Positions 50,074 through 64,000 of a DNA stretch of 64,000 bases are shown here, piece after piece (the stretch's first letter is position 1; each line of letters begins with the position of its first letter). The notes beneath the pieces were generated by a model, which did no database searches, had not been told where the DNA came from, and saw nothing but the letters and a program-made list of their open reading frames with translations. The translations under genes were made by a program, and so were the position numbers. This stretch comes from Octopus sinensis (Eukaryota), in contig NW_021832838.1 in assembly GCF_006345805.1 (NCBI RefSeq), positions 35,695 to 99,694 of the forward strand. Direction: 5' to 3'.

Positions 50074-51869
50074 TATATATTATATATACATGTGTGTGTG
50101 TGTCTGTGTTTATACTGACACACCTGTAATCACTAATACAACAATATTTATAGCCAATCGAATGTCAATACGGAGCTGAAACGTAAGAGCACCAAGCCAA
50201 GATGGCGGTAGAACAATATTTGCCAGACATGTGACGTTGTTTTTTATCTCTTGTCAACAGCAACTAAATCAGTTAATTGGTTTACAATAAAAGAAACATG
50301 CTATTTTAGTTTGTTGGCTATTAAATACGCCGATAGAGCTGTCTATACACAAATATACACCTGATGGACAAAAATAAGGTGTTGCTATGAAGTCGCAGTG
50401 TAGAAATGGTTGTAGAAATAACGGTCGAGTCTCTCTCAGATCACACCTCACTGCTTTGAATTGGGTGATGTAATGATTGACTGAGAAATAAAGCGGTATG
50501 TCATGGATGGAATGTCGTACACATCTATGTTCGATCCGAGCAAGAAGAAGAAAAACAACAGCGGCAACAACAACAGCAACAACAGCAGCAGCAGCCGTTC
50601 AAGAATTTGGACCTGGAGATCTCCATTTCCAGCGACTTCGAGGGCCACCTCCCAGTGGTGTCGGGCGTCAACGAAGAGCCCTCGACTACAACAAGACAAC
50701 CAAAGTTTTTTTTTTCCAAGGTCTGGGGTCTCCCGCCCCTAAGCCCTAGACCCTCACCTAATCACTCTTACCTGTCTTGTTGCTTAACAACAACAGCAGC
50801 AGCAGCAGCAGCAACAACAACAACAACAACAACAACAACATCAACAAAAGAACAACTGTACGAAGAAGAGCATCAGCAATAACAGCAACAACGAAAACAA
50901 CAACAGCAACAAACCGATACCAGCCCTAGGTCGGCTTTCAGCTAACAAAGCTGTGTTCAAAGTCGATCCTACCGTGACTAATCCTTACGACCACATTACA
51001 GAATGCATGCATCCTTTCTGAAGTGTGTGGTAGGCTGAGTAAATTGAGGCTGCTTTGACTTCTATTTCTAGCAGATCGAGCGACCCATGATTCTGCCATG
51101 ATTGAATCCTTGAAGGATTGTTTGATTCTACAAATTGTCGATGGAATTTGATAAAAGTTGGCGTTTCCAGGTGCAAACTGTCAGCGGTGTCTCTTTAAAT
51201 CGAATGATTTCGCCATTCTTGAGTGACAGCTTTCTTAAGTTGCATCAATCAACGAGAAATTACTGCATTAAACATTCCCATTTACTTTTATTTCTCCTCT
51301 TTGTTCACATTCATCGATATTATTGATAGTTTAATTCACAGAAATATTTCAGCTGGAAATCGATAAAGTAAGGCAGAATATGACAGAACATTGATGGAGA
51401 TTGATGTTGACTCTTTATTACGTTGTTGTTGTTGTTGTTGTTGTTGTTATTATTATCATTATTATTATTATTATTATTATTATCATCATGTGGAGGTAAG
51501 TGTTGCTTTCCACAAAATTTGTTGAAAGTATGATCCAAGCGGCGCCTACAGATTGAAAAAGGAGGAGTGAGTATTCTCCCTAGTGGTCAGGTCGACCAAG
51601 ATTTTGTGGGGTTTCCACGAGAACCTTTAGAAGTCTCCCCACCTATGAAGGACTTTTCTTGAATGTTTTCTTGGCTTCTGATGTGATTTCATGAAACTTC
51701 GAGTCAAATCACATCACATTATATTGTATCGCCCTCTACTGTCCTCAAGCTGCCTCTCGATCCTCAGTGGTTGATAAAAAAATCTTGATGATGATGATGA
51801 TGATTGACTCTCCTCAAAATTTTTGGCCTTCTCCCTAAAATCAGAAATTCTAATATAATGCTAATACTA

Positions 51870-52075
51870 GTTTCAAATTTTGGCGAAAGGCCAGCAATTT
51901 CGGGTCAGGGGATAAGTCAGTTACATCGACCCCCGATACTCAGCTGATACTTATTCCATCGGAAGGATGAAAAGCAAATTTGAGCTGGGCGGAATTTGAG
52001 CTCAGAACATCAGGACGGAAGAAATGCCGTGGAGCACTCTGTCCGGCGTGCTGACGCTTCTGCCAACTCGCTGTT
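51870..52075 (-). mobile_element. tRNA-derived SINE
   Basis: Reverse complement of the 54742-54950 family (ttacatcgacccc...ggatgaaa...ggaatttgagctcagaac...ttctgccaactcgc). Confidence 0.75.
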
Positions 52076-54741
52076 TTAATTCTTCCGTAGCTAACATCAA
52101 CAAGGAAATTCAAAGGTCGACTTTGCCTTTCACACTTTATGTAAAGTATTTTCAAATTTATTGTATATGTGGGGCCTTGAGCTGCTGGCGTCTTTTAGAA
52201 AGTGTTTTGTGTCATAATTTGTTTAAGGGTTACCTGACATAGACATTGGTAGTGACAGAAATGGGCCGGGAGGGTATATGGATGAATAATTTATAGGCAA
52301 GATATGTAAATTATATATGGTGGTGGTGGTAGGGGACTATGGCAAGCTATAATAACAAATTATAATAAGGGGTCACTGCAAACGATGTTGTTGACCTCTG
52401 TACTAGTGTAATGAGTAAACAAATTCCAGTTAATTAAATGGTATTTGTCCTAATGAGGGGAAATATCAGGTGAGCGATAATGTGACAGAACATTTGTCAA
52501 GGGAATCGGGTAAGCAGGAGAATCGGATAACAAGTCAGGGTTATGAAATTAATTAGTATTTTAATTACGCAGAGAGTGAGGTGATTATTACATATTAGCC
52601 CAAAAACTAAATGCAATTTAATTTGATCTTTGCCTATTGCGGTCGATAACTGTTGATAGGTTTCCTCCTTATTACTGAACCATAAACCTATTCAGATTTG
52701 AAGAAATAAGGATGAGAGGTTCATTGTATTGATGCTAAATAAATATAGCAGAGTTGATGAGACAGACTAACACAAACTATTCCCGTATTTATGAGATCCA
52801 ATGATGAGAAAACCTCTTTACAGATGATCAGTAACTACTCCAGGGTTTGTGTGAGACAAATAGCATAGCCTTCTCCATCTGTTTAGTGGACTAGTGACGA
52901 GGTCACTCTGTGCAGGTGTTCAGTGGCTGGAAGGAAAGACTAACAGGTAATAGGAAATTACTTACAGGTGTTCATTAAATATTTCAGTTTGTGCGACAGA
53001 TGAGTACAATAATTTCGGAAAATTTCTTAGGGACGATATCCTTATGGAATACAGTAGTTAAGTGCATGATGATGTACTTAATGTGATGAGCGAAACATTC
53101 TCAGTGAATGGAAATTATGTTTGCAGCGAGGAAGAGTGAAACATAATTTTAATGATTAATATTAATTAAATCTAACATAGTAAAGTGGGGTGGGTTGACT
53201 TCGGAAATTTAACTCCTTAAAAATAGAGTTACGTATGCAGTAGGGGATACAATTTAAAATTGTGATTTTGCTCACTACATTAAATATGATAGAAATCACT
53301 TAATTATTGTGTTTCACGCGGATGGCGTACCTAGGCAGCAACTTAATAGGTTTACCCAGTCACATGATATCTAAATAGATAAAAGCATTGTTGTATATAG
53401 TTGTCCCCCTTTATGTTGTTTACAATCGATCTTGCCTTTCCGGGGTCTGCAAAATAAGGACCAGTGAAGTCCTGAAGAAAATTAACTCCTCTTTCCACTT
53501 CTCCAAACGTTGATTTATCTCGTCAAGATTACAGTCAATAATTAATGAACCAACGAGAATGCTCCAGCCTGGTCTGTCACTCTGTGTACATTTCCTCTGT
53601 CTATGTATATCGGGATAATCTAGGACTTCCCTGCTATTATCTCCGCCTATTTCATACTTTATCCACAGATTTCATGCTGTATTTTTGTTTACTTTGCCAG
53701 TTTCGAACGAGAATCTTCCTCCACCATCAATCCACGTAGATTTTTATGCGACAACTCTTTTAGTTCCTCTAATATCTTTCTGACTTTAATGCTGCTGTAC
53801 GTTTCACTATAAAATATACCCAATGCTGCTGCTACCGGGACATAACTTTTCTATTACTTCTTAATACATTCCATGAGATATCTAACCAATTTTCATCCAA
53901 TGTTTTTCATTATGATCTATACGCACGTTTACTGCAATATACTATCGAGATTTCATGTTATTTCTCCATATGTTTCGTGTGATATCTTTATCATCTCTAA
54001 TACTTCGTGTGATATCTCTATATGTGTCTAGTTTAAAAGCTTTACTAATAATTGTTCTGCTTAAACAACATTTATTGATTTCTAGTCTCACTATCAACTT
54101 TTTAAACTTATTCCGCCCAAACCGGGATATATTTAGCGATTTCGCCAAAAGGATATTACAGCGAAGCAGGATTCTCTCGCTTTCCGCCGCCACACTTTCA
54201 AGGTTGTTCTCTATTCTGCTTACACTATGACAATCGCTATTAACAGAGAGAAGAAAAAAACAATGAACGGAAAACGATGGAAATAAACACAAAAAAAATA
54301 TACATAAAATTTAGTAAAATATTTTAAAATGAGATTTCCGACTCATATTTCTTTCTCTTCTTTATTTGTTTTTATTTCATTTTTGTTTTTGGGAAATTAA
54401 TTTCGTTGTTTTTGCCCCACGGACAAATTGAGATGTTGATCCAACTTTAAGATGGAGCTGACATTCGGAGCTTGAGGCAAGAGGAAAAAAGAAACAAGAA
54501 AAAAAAAAACGAAAAGAAAAAAATAAGAAAAGAAGAAAAAAAGATTTAGTGATTAAGCTCATTGATAACGCAGCAAACAGTTATTTGAAGAACGTTCTCT
54601 CTTCTGGCAACATCAGCGAACTCGAGTCGAATACAAAATTATGATGCAACGATTCAGTTTCAGTCAACCCATCCTACATTCACTCTTTTTTATTAGCTTC
54701 ATAGAAGTATGAACATTTCAATGTTTCGATTTATTAGGATG

Positions 54742-54950
54742 GGAAGCTGGCAGAATCGTTATCAGGCCGGATAAAATGCTTAGCGGCATTTCATCCGTCT
54801 TTACGTTCTGAGTTCAAACTTCACCGAGATAGACTTTGCCTTTCATCATTTCAGGGTCGATACCACTTGAGCACTGGAGTCGGTCTGATCGACTTAGCCC
54901 CACCTCCTGAAGTTGCTGACCTTTTGCCAAAATCTGAATGCAAAATTTCG
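54742..54950 (+). mobile_element. tRNA-derived SINE
   Basis: A-box-like tggcagaatcg and B-box-like gagttcaaac, then actttgcctttcatc..tttc.gggtcgata. Several homologous copies occur in the window. Confidence 0.8.
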
Positions 54951-55289
54951 ATTTACTTATCCAGAGAGGTAGATGATTAGTTCACCTGGTCCTAGATGAA
55001 CGCTCCTGGAGCATACACTGCCCACAGTTATAGATTCCCGCCTATTAGGAAATAGCCTGCTCTTTACTCTGTGGAGGTTTTACAAGCTCCCAACAACGAG
55101 TAGATAACGTAGTATGTACCTGTCAACTGGGGATAAATGACCACCCTGCTTTATGCGAGAAAGGCTTGGGGCACCCCCCCCCTAAAAAAAAACTAACTGC
55201 AGAAGAACTTGTGGAGATGCCTGGTTTTTAAATTGACATCATTGTGTTAAACTCTTCAATCAAGCATACATGCATAAATGCATACATAC

Positions 55290-55855
55290 ATACATGGTGG
55301 CTGCCCCCTCATTATCGAGTATGGCCATTGCACGAAGCTTAATCAATGTTGTTATCGTGCAATGCCTGTGCAAGAAGATTTTTTTTTTAAAGTGAGGAAA
55401 GGCTGTGCACTGAGTCAATCCCACTCACTAAGCAACAGCAGCCATAATCCGAAAAGAAGAACAAGTCAACATCATCGGCAACCACTGAGCCGCAGGTTTT
55501 ATGTCGGAGTTATCCCAGTTACCTGAGTTACCTTCCCCTAGAAGGCTGCTCTAACAAAGGTTAGGAGTCCTTCACTCCCAATGGTTTAACCGCGCGATCA
55601 GGTATTCAGTCCGATTATTTCTATGTCCCTGCGCATGATACAGCCTTAAGACATTTATTGGATGGCCGTTGACTCTCAAGAGTTCCTCCGCCCTTTGACG
55701 GTTTTTGTTTTTCATCCCGCAGGGTGTCCAATAAACACCCTCCTCACCAAGCAAGCTTGGTGGGGTTGCCGGTTTAGTCGCCGACGACCCGACCATGCAA
55801 CAGGTTGTATTGGGTTACATGTTACCAGTAGCACTCGAAAGTGACCTGACATAGC
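55290..55855 (-). mobile_element. probable non-coding LINE 5'-UTR-like repeat between (CATA)n runs
   Basis: GC-richer non-coding block with agcagccttctaggggaaggtaactc..ataaaacct, reminiscent of RTE 5' UTRs. (CATA)n lies on both sides. Confidence 0.3.
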
Positions 55856-55944
55856 ATACATACATACATACATACATACATACATACATACATACATACA
55901 TACATACATACATACATACATACGTATAGATACATGTATACATA

Positions 55945-56208
55945 CATCAACACATAAAAAAATTGCATTAAGTCGGTTATGGCGACAAGGGTTCCAGTTG
56001 ATCCGATCAACGGAACAGGCTGCTCGTGAAATTAACGTGCAAGTGGATGAGCACCCCACAGACATGCGTACCCTTAACATAGTTCTCAGGGTGATTCCGC
56101 ATGACACAGAATGGAATAACGTCAAATAAAGTGTCTTGCTTAAGGACTAAACGCATCGCGAGAGATCGAACTCACGACCTTATACTCTAACCGCTAAACC
56201 ACGCACCT
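55945..56208 (-). mobile_element. tRNA-head SINE of a third family
   Basis: Reverse-complement tRNA head (gatcgaactcacgacc...ctaaccgctaaaccacgc), a core-like gcaagacactttattt segment, and the body gaaattaacgtgcaagtgg..gagcac.ccacagac. Confidence 0.75.
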
Positions 56209-56444
56209 TCATGCATCGACACATACATACATGTATACATAGAAACACATACAGATATGCGTTTGTATGCGTGTGTGTGCATGTGCGTGTATGGTGGGAT
56301 TTATGTTAATATATTTTAGACCAGTGTTGCTTATGTTGTGTCCCCATAAATTAGTGCAGCGGCACGCAAAGATGGCCGCATGTCTACAAGAAATGGCAGC
56401 CAAGCCTCAACTTAGAATCTTAAAAATAAAGGAAAAGCCGAACA

Positions 56445-56712
56445 TAAGTACGGACGAAATGCTGCTAAGCATTTTCTTCGGCGTGGTAACCATTCTACCA
56501 GCTTGCCACCATAACAATTACGCCAATATTGATTTCAAGGCCAGTAAGTTCGGGGAAGGGGCCAAGAGGATTGCATCGACACCGGCGCCCTCTGCCGCAT
56601 ATGTTATTAGCCTCGAAAAGAAAAGTCAACCTCCACGGAATTTGAACTCAGACCAAATGTCGCCAAGCATTTTGGCCGACAGGCTAACCATTCTGCCATC
56701 TTACCGCCTTAA
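56445..56712 (-). mobile_element. two adjacent decayed SINE fragments of the 54742 family
   Basis: gctaagcatttt...taaccattct.cca.ctt.cc occurs twice (about 56460-56510 and 56660-56710). Confidence 0.65.
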
Positions 56713-57694
56713 CAATTACAATAATGTTTAAAGTAAAAAGAAATCCAATATCTTAGCAACAGCCTTGACTTCAGGCATCAGTGAGAAACATAATCCTACG
56801 CCTGACCGATCTCGTCAATATAATAATGCCATTAAACACCTTTCTTCTGGAATATAGATCGGATATCATAATGAAGACCACCACTGTAGCTTTCATTTGG
56901 TTCTCTTTGTTGTTGTTGTGGTTGTTGTATTGAAAAAAAAAAACAATCCATATTTCCATAGAAAATGGCTGCCGAACAATATTGTTAAAATATTCAATCA
57001 ACTGCGTTTAGTGTTGGTGAGTGAAGTCGTTACAGAAATGATGTTGCTGTTAAAACTGGTAACATGAAAAGGGTTTGTATTTCTCGGTAAATCGCTCGTA
57101 AATAGCAGGTGTTGTTAGAGTTTACTCACTAAACTAACACAATGGCTAACATTCTGAAACACAATCAAGAATGAAACAGAACAATGAAACACACACACAC
57201 ACACACATGCAGCCACACACACATGCAGACACACACACATGCAGACACACACACATGCAGACACACACACATGTAGACACACACACATACGCGCACACGC
57301 ACGCATGCACATAAACGTACAGATGATACACCAAGCAGTACGAGGGGCATACAAAATCGTTGGGTGGAAGGACAACAGCGATTTGTGTTTTATTATTTTA
57401 TCGATTGTCTTTATATTTTCTCTGAGAAGAGATGAAACGATTTCGTAGATATGAAAAGGAAAGCCAAGAATTATGTATGTTTGCATGTAAGAGTATGTGT
57501 GTGCGTGTGTGTGTGTATGTATGTATGTATGCATGTATGCATGTATGTATGTATGCATGTATGTATGTATGAGTATGTGTGTGTATTTGCACATAAATAT
57601 CTGCATGGGTGTTTGTTTGCATGTATTGAATATGGAGCAACTTCGTGACTTAAAAGTATAAGGAAATATATATCAGAAGTCAATGTTGGTATTT

Positions 57695-57748
57695 AACCCA
57701 GACCAGTCCAAATCTGGTTTCGTCCGCAAGAAAGATTCATCAGAATAA
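57695..57748 (-). ncRNA. hammerhead relic with intact core and stem III, no stem I
   Basis: CTGATGA-atct[ttcttgc]ggac-GAA-accag[atttgga]ctggt-C. Stem III is a perfect 5 bp with a GUC triplet; the first pair of stem II is mismatched. Confidence 0.5.
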
Positions 57749-58120
57749 AATATAGAAACAAAAAAAGCAAGGGCGGTTGTATTCTATCATATGCGAAAAC
57801 GTTCGGGCAACTTTGTGAAGGTACACAGTTATGATCGGAGAACTTAGAGAAACATTTCGTTCGACAAATCGTATCGGACATAGCGTCTCCGTACAAGAGC
57901 CTTATGGGTAAAGCAGCGCCATCTTGATTCATTTTATGCTTCTTTCAGCGAACATGTTAGGAGTAAGTGGAAATACCGCCATGCGTCTATAGATTGTGTT
58001 GGTTAAAAATGCAGCATCGCTATATCTGTCTATATTTGTATCTGCACAAATATGTATGTATATATGATTGCGCGTATGTACGTATGTATAAGTGTGTATA
58101 TATATATATAAATTATCATA

Positions 58121-58446
58121 AGGGTGTTGAAAGATTACAACACTAGTCTACTAGAAATAGACCCCAAATGGTCTAGGAACCACTTAGATTATTACTCCAA
58201 AACACAAGTTTGTAAGCGAGGAAAATAGACAGCGAGGATTTATAAAATATTTTGGATAGTACCATATCTGTCGATGTCACGGTTCGAGTTATTAGAAACA
58301 CTCTCCAATCATCCGTACGTAAATGAATGAAAAATACTTTATACATACCGCCATAAGCGCAAATAATGTACATGCATTTTGCACGTAATCCTAAACCATT
58401 TGGGATCTATTTCTAACAGGCTGGTGTAGTGATCATTCAACAACCT
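58121..58446. mobile_element. TA-flanked MITE with ~57-bp imperfect TIRs (Tc1/mariner-type)
   Basis: TA-agggtgttgaaagattacaacactagtctactagaaatagaccccaaatggtctagg ... cctaaaccatttgggatctatttctaacaggctggtgtagtgatcattcaacaacct-TA. Confidence 0.7.
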
Positions 58447-58556
58447 TATTATAATTTTAATATAAATTAGCCATTATGGTAGTTTTAGTATGCTGGCCAC
58501 TGATAATCATTAAATAATGACTTTATCCTAATTACGTATATATATATATATTATAT

Positions 58557-58660
<104 letters not shown>

Positions 58661-59179
58661 CGTGTGTGTGTGTGCATAAGTATGGATCTATATTTGTATG
58701 CAGATTGAAGTGGAATAAAAAACAAATAACAGAACAAATGAAACATGTGATGTCTCATCAGCCATGGAAACCAAACTCAGTGTAGTTTCGGCGCGGATTT
58801 ACATTTCAGAGTCGTCAAATTTCATGGTAGTGCGCCTTTGATAGTTCATATGACTGAGGTGACCGATGTTATAAAGAACGGACTTCGAAATTGGCATGTT
58901 TAAATCTCTAAGCGTAATTTTTAACTCAGAAGTCTAACAGCTCTGACACATACTACGTGACATTCTCTGCCTTTACCTGATTCTTCAATTATCGACCGAA
59001 AAATGATAAGAAAGGCCAAGTTGACCTTGGTGCGATGCAGACTTGAACGCAGTGAGCCGAATCTAATATTCCAAAGCATATTATACAAAACTATAAGTCA
59101 GCATTTCCAGATACATACCGCCCACACATACACACACACCTACACCTTCGAACTGAAACGTCTTCACACATATACACCA

Positions 59180-59217
<38 letters not shown>

Positions 59218-59457
59218 ACACACACACACACACACACACCACACACCACACACACACACAAACAGACACACACACACAGACATACACACACACATGTACC
59301 TATTTCTGTAAGTAAATTCTGTTTGTTTTCGTTAAATTTTTTCTATGGAATTGTTGCAAGTTGTGTCACGAAAGACAATTCATATTGAAGCACAACTCTT
59401 CTCAGAATGGAACATTCTTAATTCTCTCGTGTCCATTTCCCGCCTATCACACGCACG

Positions 59458-59499
<42 letters not shown>

Positions 59500-60639
59500 C
59501 CATATACATACACACATACACACACGCGTACGTATGGGGAGCTTTATCTATTGCTTTCCCTCCTACAACAACCTTTCACACACACGCACACACACATACA
59601 CACACGTGTGCACGCGCGTGCGCAAGCACTCACATGCACATGACACCACCGTACATGATGCTATTAGGCTTGCAATTACGGAAGTAATTAAATTATCGTG
59701 TAGTATTACTTCGATAAAAATGATTTCTCTCTCCATCGTTTAATAATATTCCATCAGCGAGCCAACACAATAAACAACAGATCTGATAATTTTCTGTTCG
59801 CTGCAAAAAGCCCCTTGGCATTTCAAATTTTTTCCCCTCCCCTCTTTTTATTTCATTAAATTTCCATTATGATAACGACGCTGTCGAAATGTTATTGAGG
59901 AAAGACTCTCTTTGGCCAAGTATCCAATTATGCCGCTTCCCCTTGTAGCTATTTCCTCGTAATGAGAGCGAAGCGTTTTGTTTTCCTTCTCACTGTCTTG
60001 AGAGAAGGTTAAAAAGCTTGTTGCACGAGACGAGGCAGATATTGAATGGACATCACGCGATTGCTGGCTCTGCTTATTTGTTTAACGTCGACGAGAAACA
60101 ATCAAAGCGAGGACGTAGTGTGTTCGCAATTCATTTCCATGTTTCTTGTCGGGGTTTGAGCAACGAGTGGGCTTTGTTGAAAGAGCCGAGAGCAGTTGAG
60201 TTAAATATCATATTTTCCAATGGCTATCAATGGGTCAATGACCTCCACACCTGATCTGTCTGTCTGTCTGTCTCTCTCCCTATTTCTATCTCCCTCTCTC
60301 TCCTCCTCCCCCTCTCTCCTCCTCCCTCTCTCTCTCTCTCTGTTTAAAGTACATGACACCCTTATTGATAATTTTCATCAATTTAGTATTATTTCAATTT
60401 AGAAACATGATGATACACTTAACTAGAGATATCGTGAGGTATTTACAAATAGATAACTAGGGTCCGTTTGCACTTTAAGGATTCTCGACAACGTAGGTTC
60501 TTTCAAAACCCATGGATCCCTATACACGTTAGAATCCACCGGTCGAGACGCATTTATATCTTTCTAGCTTTCTAGCTGAAACTTGTTCTAATGGCAGGCC
60601 CAGGAGAGATATTGGTGCTATATGGTTTCTAGCTTTCTG

Positions 60640-61080
60640 CACATAGTCCTCCTTTTCATCAACATCGTCCTCTTTGTGCTCCACAGATTTCTTCTATAGA
60701 TGTGCTTCGTTCCCATTGTCACATTGTCCTGCTTTGTAATCAGCCTTGTGCGCTCTTGATCAGGTGCCAGAAGACTCGGCACCCACCGAATAGAAATCTC
60801 CGTTATACCAAGTTTATTGTGCAGGATATTCTCAACTTTCTCACAGGATAAGCTAATAGCATTGGCTATTTGATTTATAGCCAATCACTCGTCACCCATC
60901 GCCATATGGTGACAATCATCAATATTGTCCTCGGTGGTGGCAGTTGCAGGATGTCCAGAAATTGGGTCATCTTCAACACTCTCCGTTCCCCTCCTAAATT
61001 TAGATAAAGAAAACATACGATATACATAACCAGGTGCAAGCGATCACTGTGAAACAATTACGATATTGAATTGCATTTGA
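60640..61080 (-). pseudogene. mariner transposase N-terminal relic
   Basis: KFRRGTESVEDDPISGHPATATTEDNID..H.M..GD*.LAINQIANAISLS.E.VENILH.KLG...S.RWVP.LL.PDQ.RTR, including the mariner WVP motif. Confidence 0.88.
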
Positions 61081-61624
61081 AGAATACAAATCCGTATTCT
61101 AGGCCACCCTATCACCATCCACTTCAACAGGCAACTCCATCACTTATTTATCAGTGTGTAGCATCGCTGGACACCATGGGTTCCCATTCTTAAGGGAAAC
61201 TATAGAGAAATCTTTCATATTCGAAGTTGGCACCGAATTTTTTCCCTTCTCTTCTCACAAATTTAGATCATTAAAGCCCTTTCTTGTCCATCAACTTCTC
61301 TCATCTCATCATCACCTCACTCGTCTGTTTCTCCGCCTCATTCCATCTCTCTTCCCATCTCCCGCTCTCCCACCACCTCCCCTTCATGTATGAAGCATCT
61401 GTTGACCTATGTTTCTTATCAGTTGTAGTCGGTTTGTTTTGTAACTTAGTGGATAGAAATTACTGCTGCTCCTCATTAATTTCTCCCCTCTTCACTTTTC
61501 TCTGAAGAAGGAGGCTGCCAGAAGCGTTGAATTTTTCAATCCTCACTACAAGTTCACTGAACTCTGTCAATTTTAGCAAATAATACAAGTTTTGCTGACG
61601 CAAGACAACATATATACATAAGCA

Positions 61625-61666
<42 letters not shown>

Positions 61667-61729
61667 ACACATGTAATACCGGGTGTATCACAATAATGGA
61701 ATCATGTACCTCGGTTTTCATTATGTATG

Positions 61730-61769
<40 letters not shown>

Positions 61770-62055
61770 CGTATATTCGTCTGTAAGTATTATGCACTTT
61801 AATATAGATATCGGTAAAGTATCATCATTTAATTGTATCGGTAGAAAGAAATAGTCGCAGTAATGTTATAACAACCACCAAAGCAGAGAAAACTGAATCA
61901 CCGGATTAGAAATATTAAGTTTTCACAAAAAACATTGACATAAACTCTTTAAAAAGGAAAATACAAAAATACAGCTGAAAACAAGTCGTCATCTTTAACT
62001 GACATTTTCTTTCATGTTTCTGACTCTGTAAACACACATTGTTGTTGATTGTATG

Positions 62056-62111
<56 letters not shown>

Positions 62112-62188
62112 CACACACAGTTTGACTATCCACTTCGCCATCATACATAATATCAACTTATCTACTACTACTACTACTACTATTACTT

Positions 62189-62247
<59 letters not shown>

Positions 62248-62916
62248 ACTATACTACTACTTACTACTACTACTACTACTACTACTACTAGTAGTAGTAC
62301 TGCTGCTGCCGCTGCTACACCACTTTCCTTCTTGTATACTTTCCAATGATGTGTGTTTGATGGAGCTGACATGTGTCAAGCGAAATCAGCTTTTTTCAAG
62401 TCACAGTTAAACTTATCCGTTGTGACAGTGAAATCAAATCGTTTACTCAATTTACAATTGATTCATCATGGTCGACCATATTGCCTTCTGTTTTTTTAAT
62501 TTTAAATCTGGTTTTATATCATCAATCTCTCTTAATTCTTAGGACTTCTCTCCCTTCTCTCCTTATTTTCCTTTCTCCTCCTTCTTCTTCCACATATCTC
62601 TCTCAACTTCAACTCCCTTCTTTTCTCTCTCTCTCTTTCTCTCCTCTCTTTCTCTCCCCATTCTGCTTTAACCAATATTTCACTCTCTTCCACTCATTTC
62701 ATACAGAACCCACCCTCTCCCTCATTTCTCCCCACACATTCCTCTATCATTCGATTCATCTTGAATACTTCCAAGTGTTTTCAGCCTCACCTAAACACTC
62801 ATATATTACCATAAGCAGATATTGCCATAAAAGATCTATCTAAACACTTATACATCTGTCACTATCTTTCTCTCTATATCTCAAGCATTTTATATATATA
62901 ATATATATATATATAT

Positions 62917-62974
<58 letters not shown>

Positions 62975-63854
62975 TATAATATATATATATATATATATAA
63001 TATATAATATATATATATATATATGAAGAGAGAGAGATTTGCACCAAAAATACCCACACACATGTGTACATTATGTATATAGGTATGTATGTATGTATAT
63101 ATGTATGTATGTATGTACATATATGTATATATGTATGTATGTATGTATGATATATATATATATATATATATATATGTCTGTCTGTCTATCTATCTATCTA
63201 TCTATCTATCTGTCGATTTATTAATCTATCTGTCTACCTATGTATGTACATGTGTGTATGTGTGTGAGAAAGAGAGAGAAAGAGAGTGTGGAAGAGATGC
63301 AAGTCGGTTCCAACATCAAGGATGTGCCCAAGCCATGGCACTCTATATTTCCTGTTTCCTATGACGTGATTCTTTACAAAAAAAAGATAACTCTGCACAG
63401 AACTTGGCAACCTTTCCAGGTGCACAGTATTTCCACTTCTTCAACCATAATACGTATACGCATCGTTTGTTAATGAGAAACCAAATGAAGATATCATTGT
63501 CAGCCTCAATGAATGGACATCCTACAAGAAATCAGCGAAAAACAATGGAATTCGATGGCCAAACTTTGTAGAGATATTACCGAAGATATCCGTTACAAGG
63601 ACTGTCTGCTCGTAACAACGGCTCACTGCACTGCAATAAAATTATGTGTAAATATCGCCTAAAACGAAGCAAATACTTAGATTATCGATTACTCTGAATA
63701 TTTGTAGATCGAAGATAGTAATGTCTTTGATCGAATGGGATTTATTTCGGGTTACATTCGCCCCCTTCCCGAATCTGTCTTCATCCCGGCCATCTTTCGC
63801 TGTAATTGCTTTAACGGACGTTCTTTCAACAACTTAAAATTTTATGGGGAAAGG

Positions 63855-64000
63855 AGCTTGTCGATTACATAGACCCCAGTATGCAACTGGTACTTATTTA
63901 TCGATCCTCGAAGGATGAAAGGTAAGTCGACTTCGGCCGAATTTAAAGTCAGATGCTAAAGACGAACGAAACGCCGCTAAGCTTTTTAGTCGGCGCGAAA
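63855..64000 (-). mobile_element. tRNA-derived SINE (runs off the window end)
   Basis: gtcgattacat.gaccccagt...ctggtacttatttatcga..ccgaaggatgaaaggtaagtcgac..cggc.gaattt; reverse copy of the 54742 family. Confidence 0.75.

Noticed and set aside
52200-53430. Possible Gypsy RNase H/integrase relic (AQKLNA, NHKP traces)
   Set aside because: The motifs are too short and broken to support a call by eye; an HMM or tBLASTn search would be needed.
55760-55855. HDV-like ribozyme at the 5' end of the putative RTE-UTR-like repeat
   Set aside because: A P4-like hairpin followed by ctaa exists, but I could not build consistent P1, P3 and L3 elements.
57949-57962. 14-nt micro-exon between ctttcAG and GTAAGT
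   Set aside because: The signals are good but it lies within a probable terminal-repeat relic of opposite polarity; unsupported without RNA data.

Overview
Eukaryotic, AT-rich, extremely microsatellite-rich DNA, intronic or intergenic in character. The (TA)n/(CA)n/(CATA)n density and repeat families suggest a coleoid cephalopod such as Octopus (inference, not tested). I cannot confidently identify any host protein-coding gene, tRNA, rRNA or CRISPR array, and nearly all ORFs in the supplied track are translations of simple repeats. The recognisable content is transposable elements. These are three different Penelope-like element (PLE) GIY-YIG fragments (432-949 +, 36870-37950 +, 30635-30765 -) and a young 5'-truncated CR1-type LINE (7733-9240) nested in an old R4/NeSL-type restriction-like-endonuclease (RLE) LINE. 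There are also further RLE and RTE relics, a full-length Tc1 transposon (15807-17064), pogo/Tigger and mariner relics, two Helitrons, MITE-like hairpins and tRNA-derived SINEs. The main hidden signal is RNA structure: about ten hammerhead-ribozyme (HHR) motifs in PLE-type terminal repeats. One (38227-38308) has a fully canonical core and a 43-nt branched insertion in stem II, and lies downstream of a PLE whose usual Cys-rich linker appears replaced by a roughly 95-aa Asn-rich tract. Another (29847-29897, minus strand) has an adjacent 11-bp anti-core inverted repeat.
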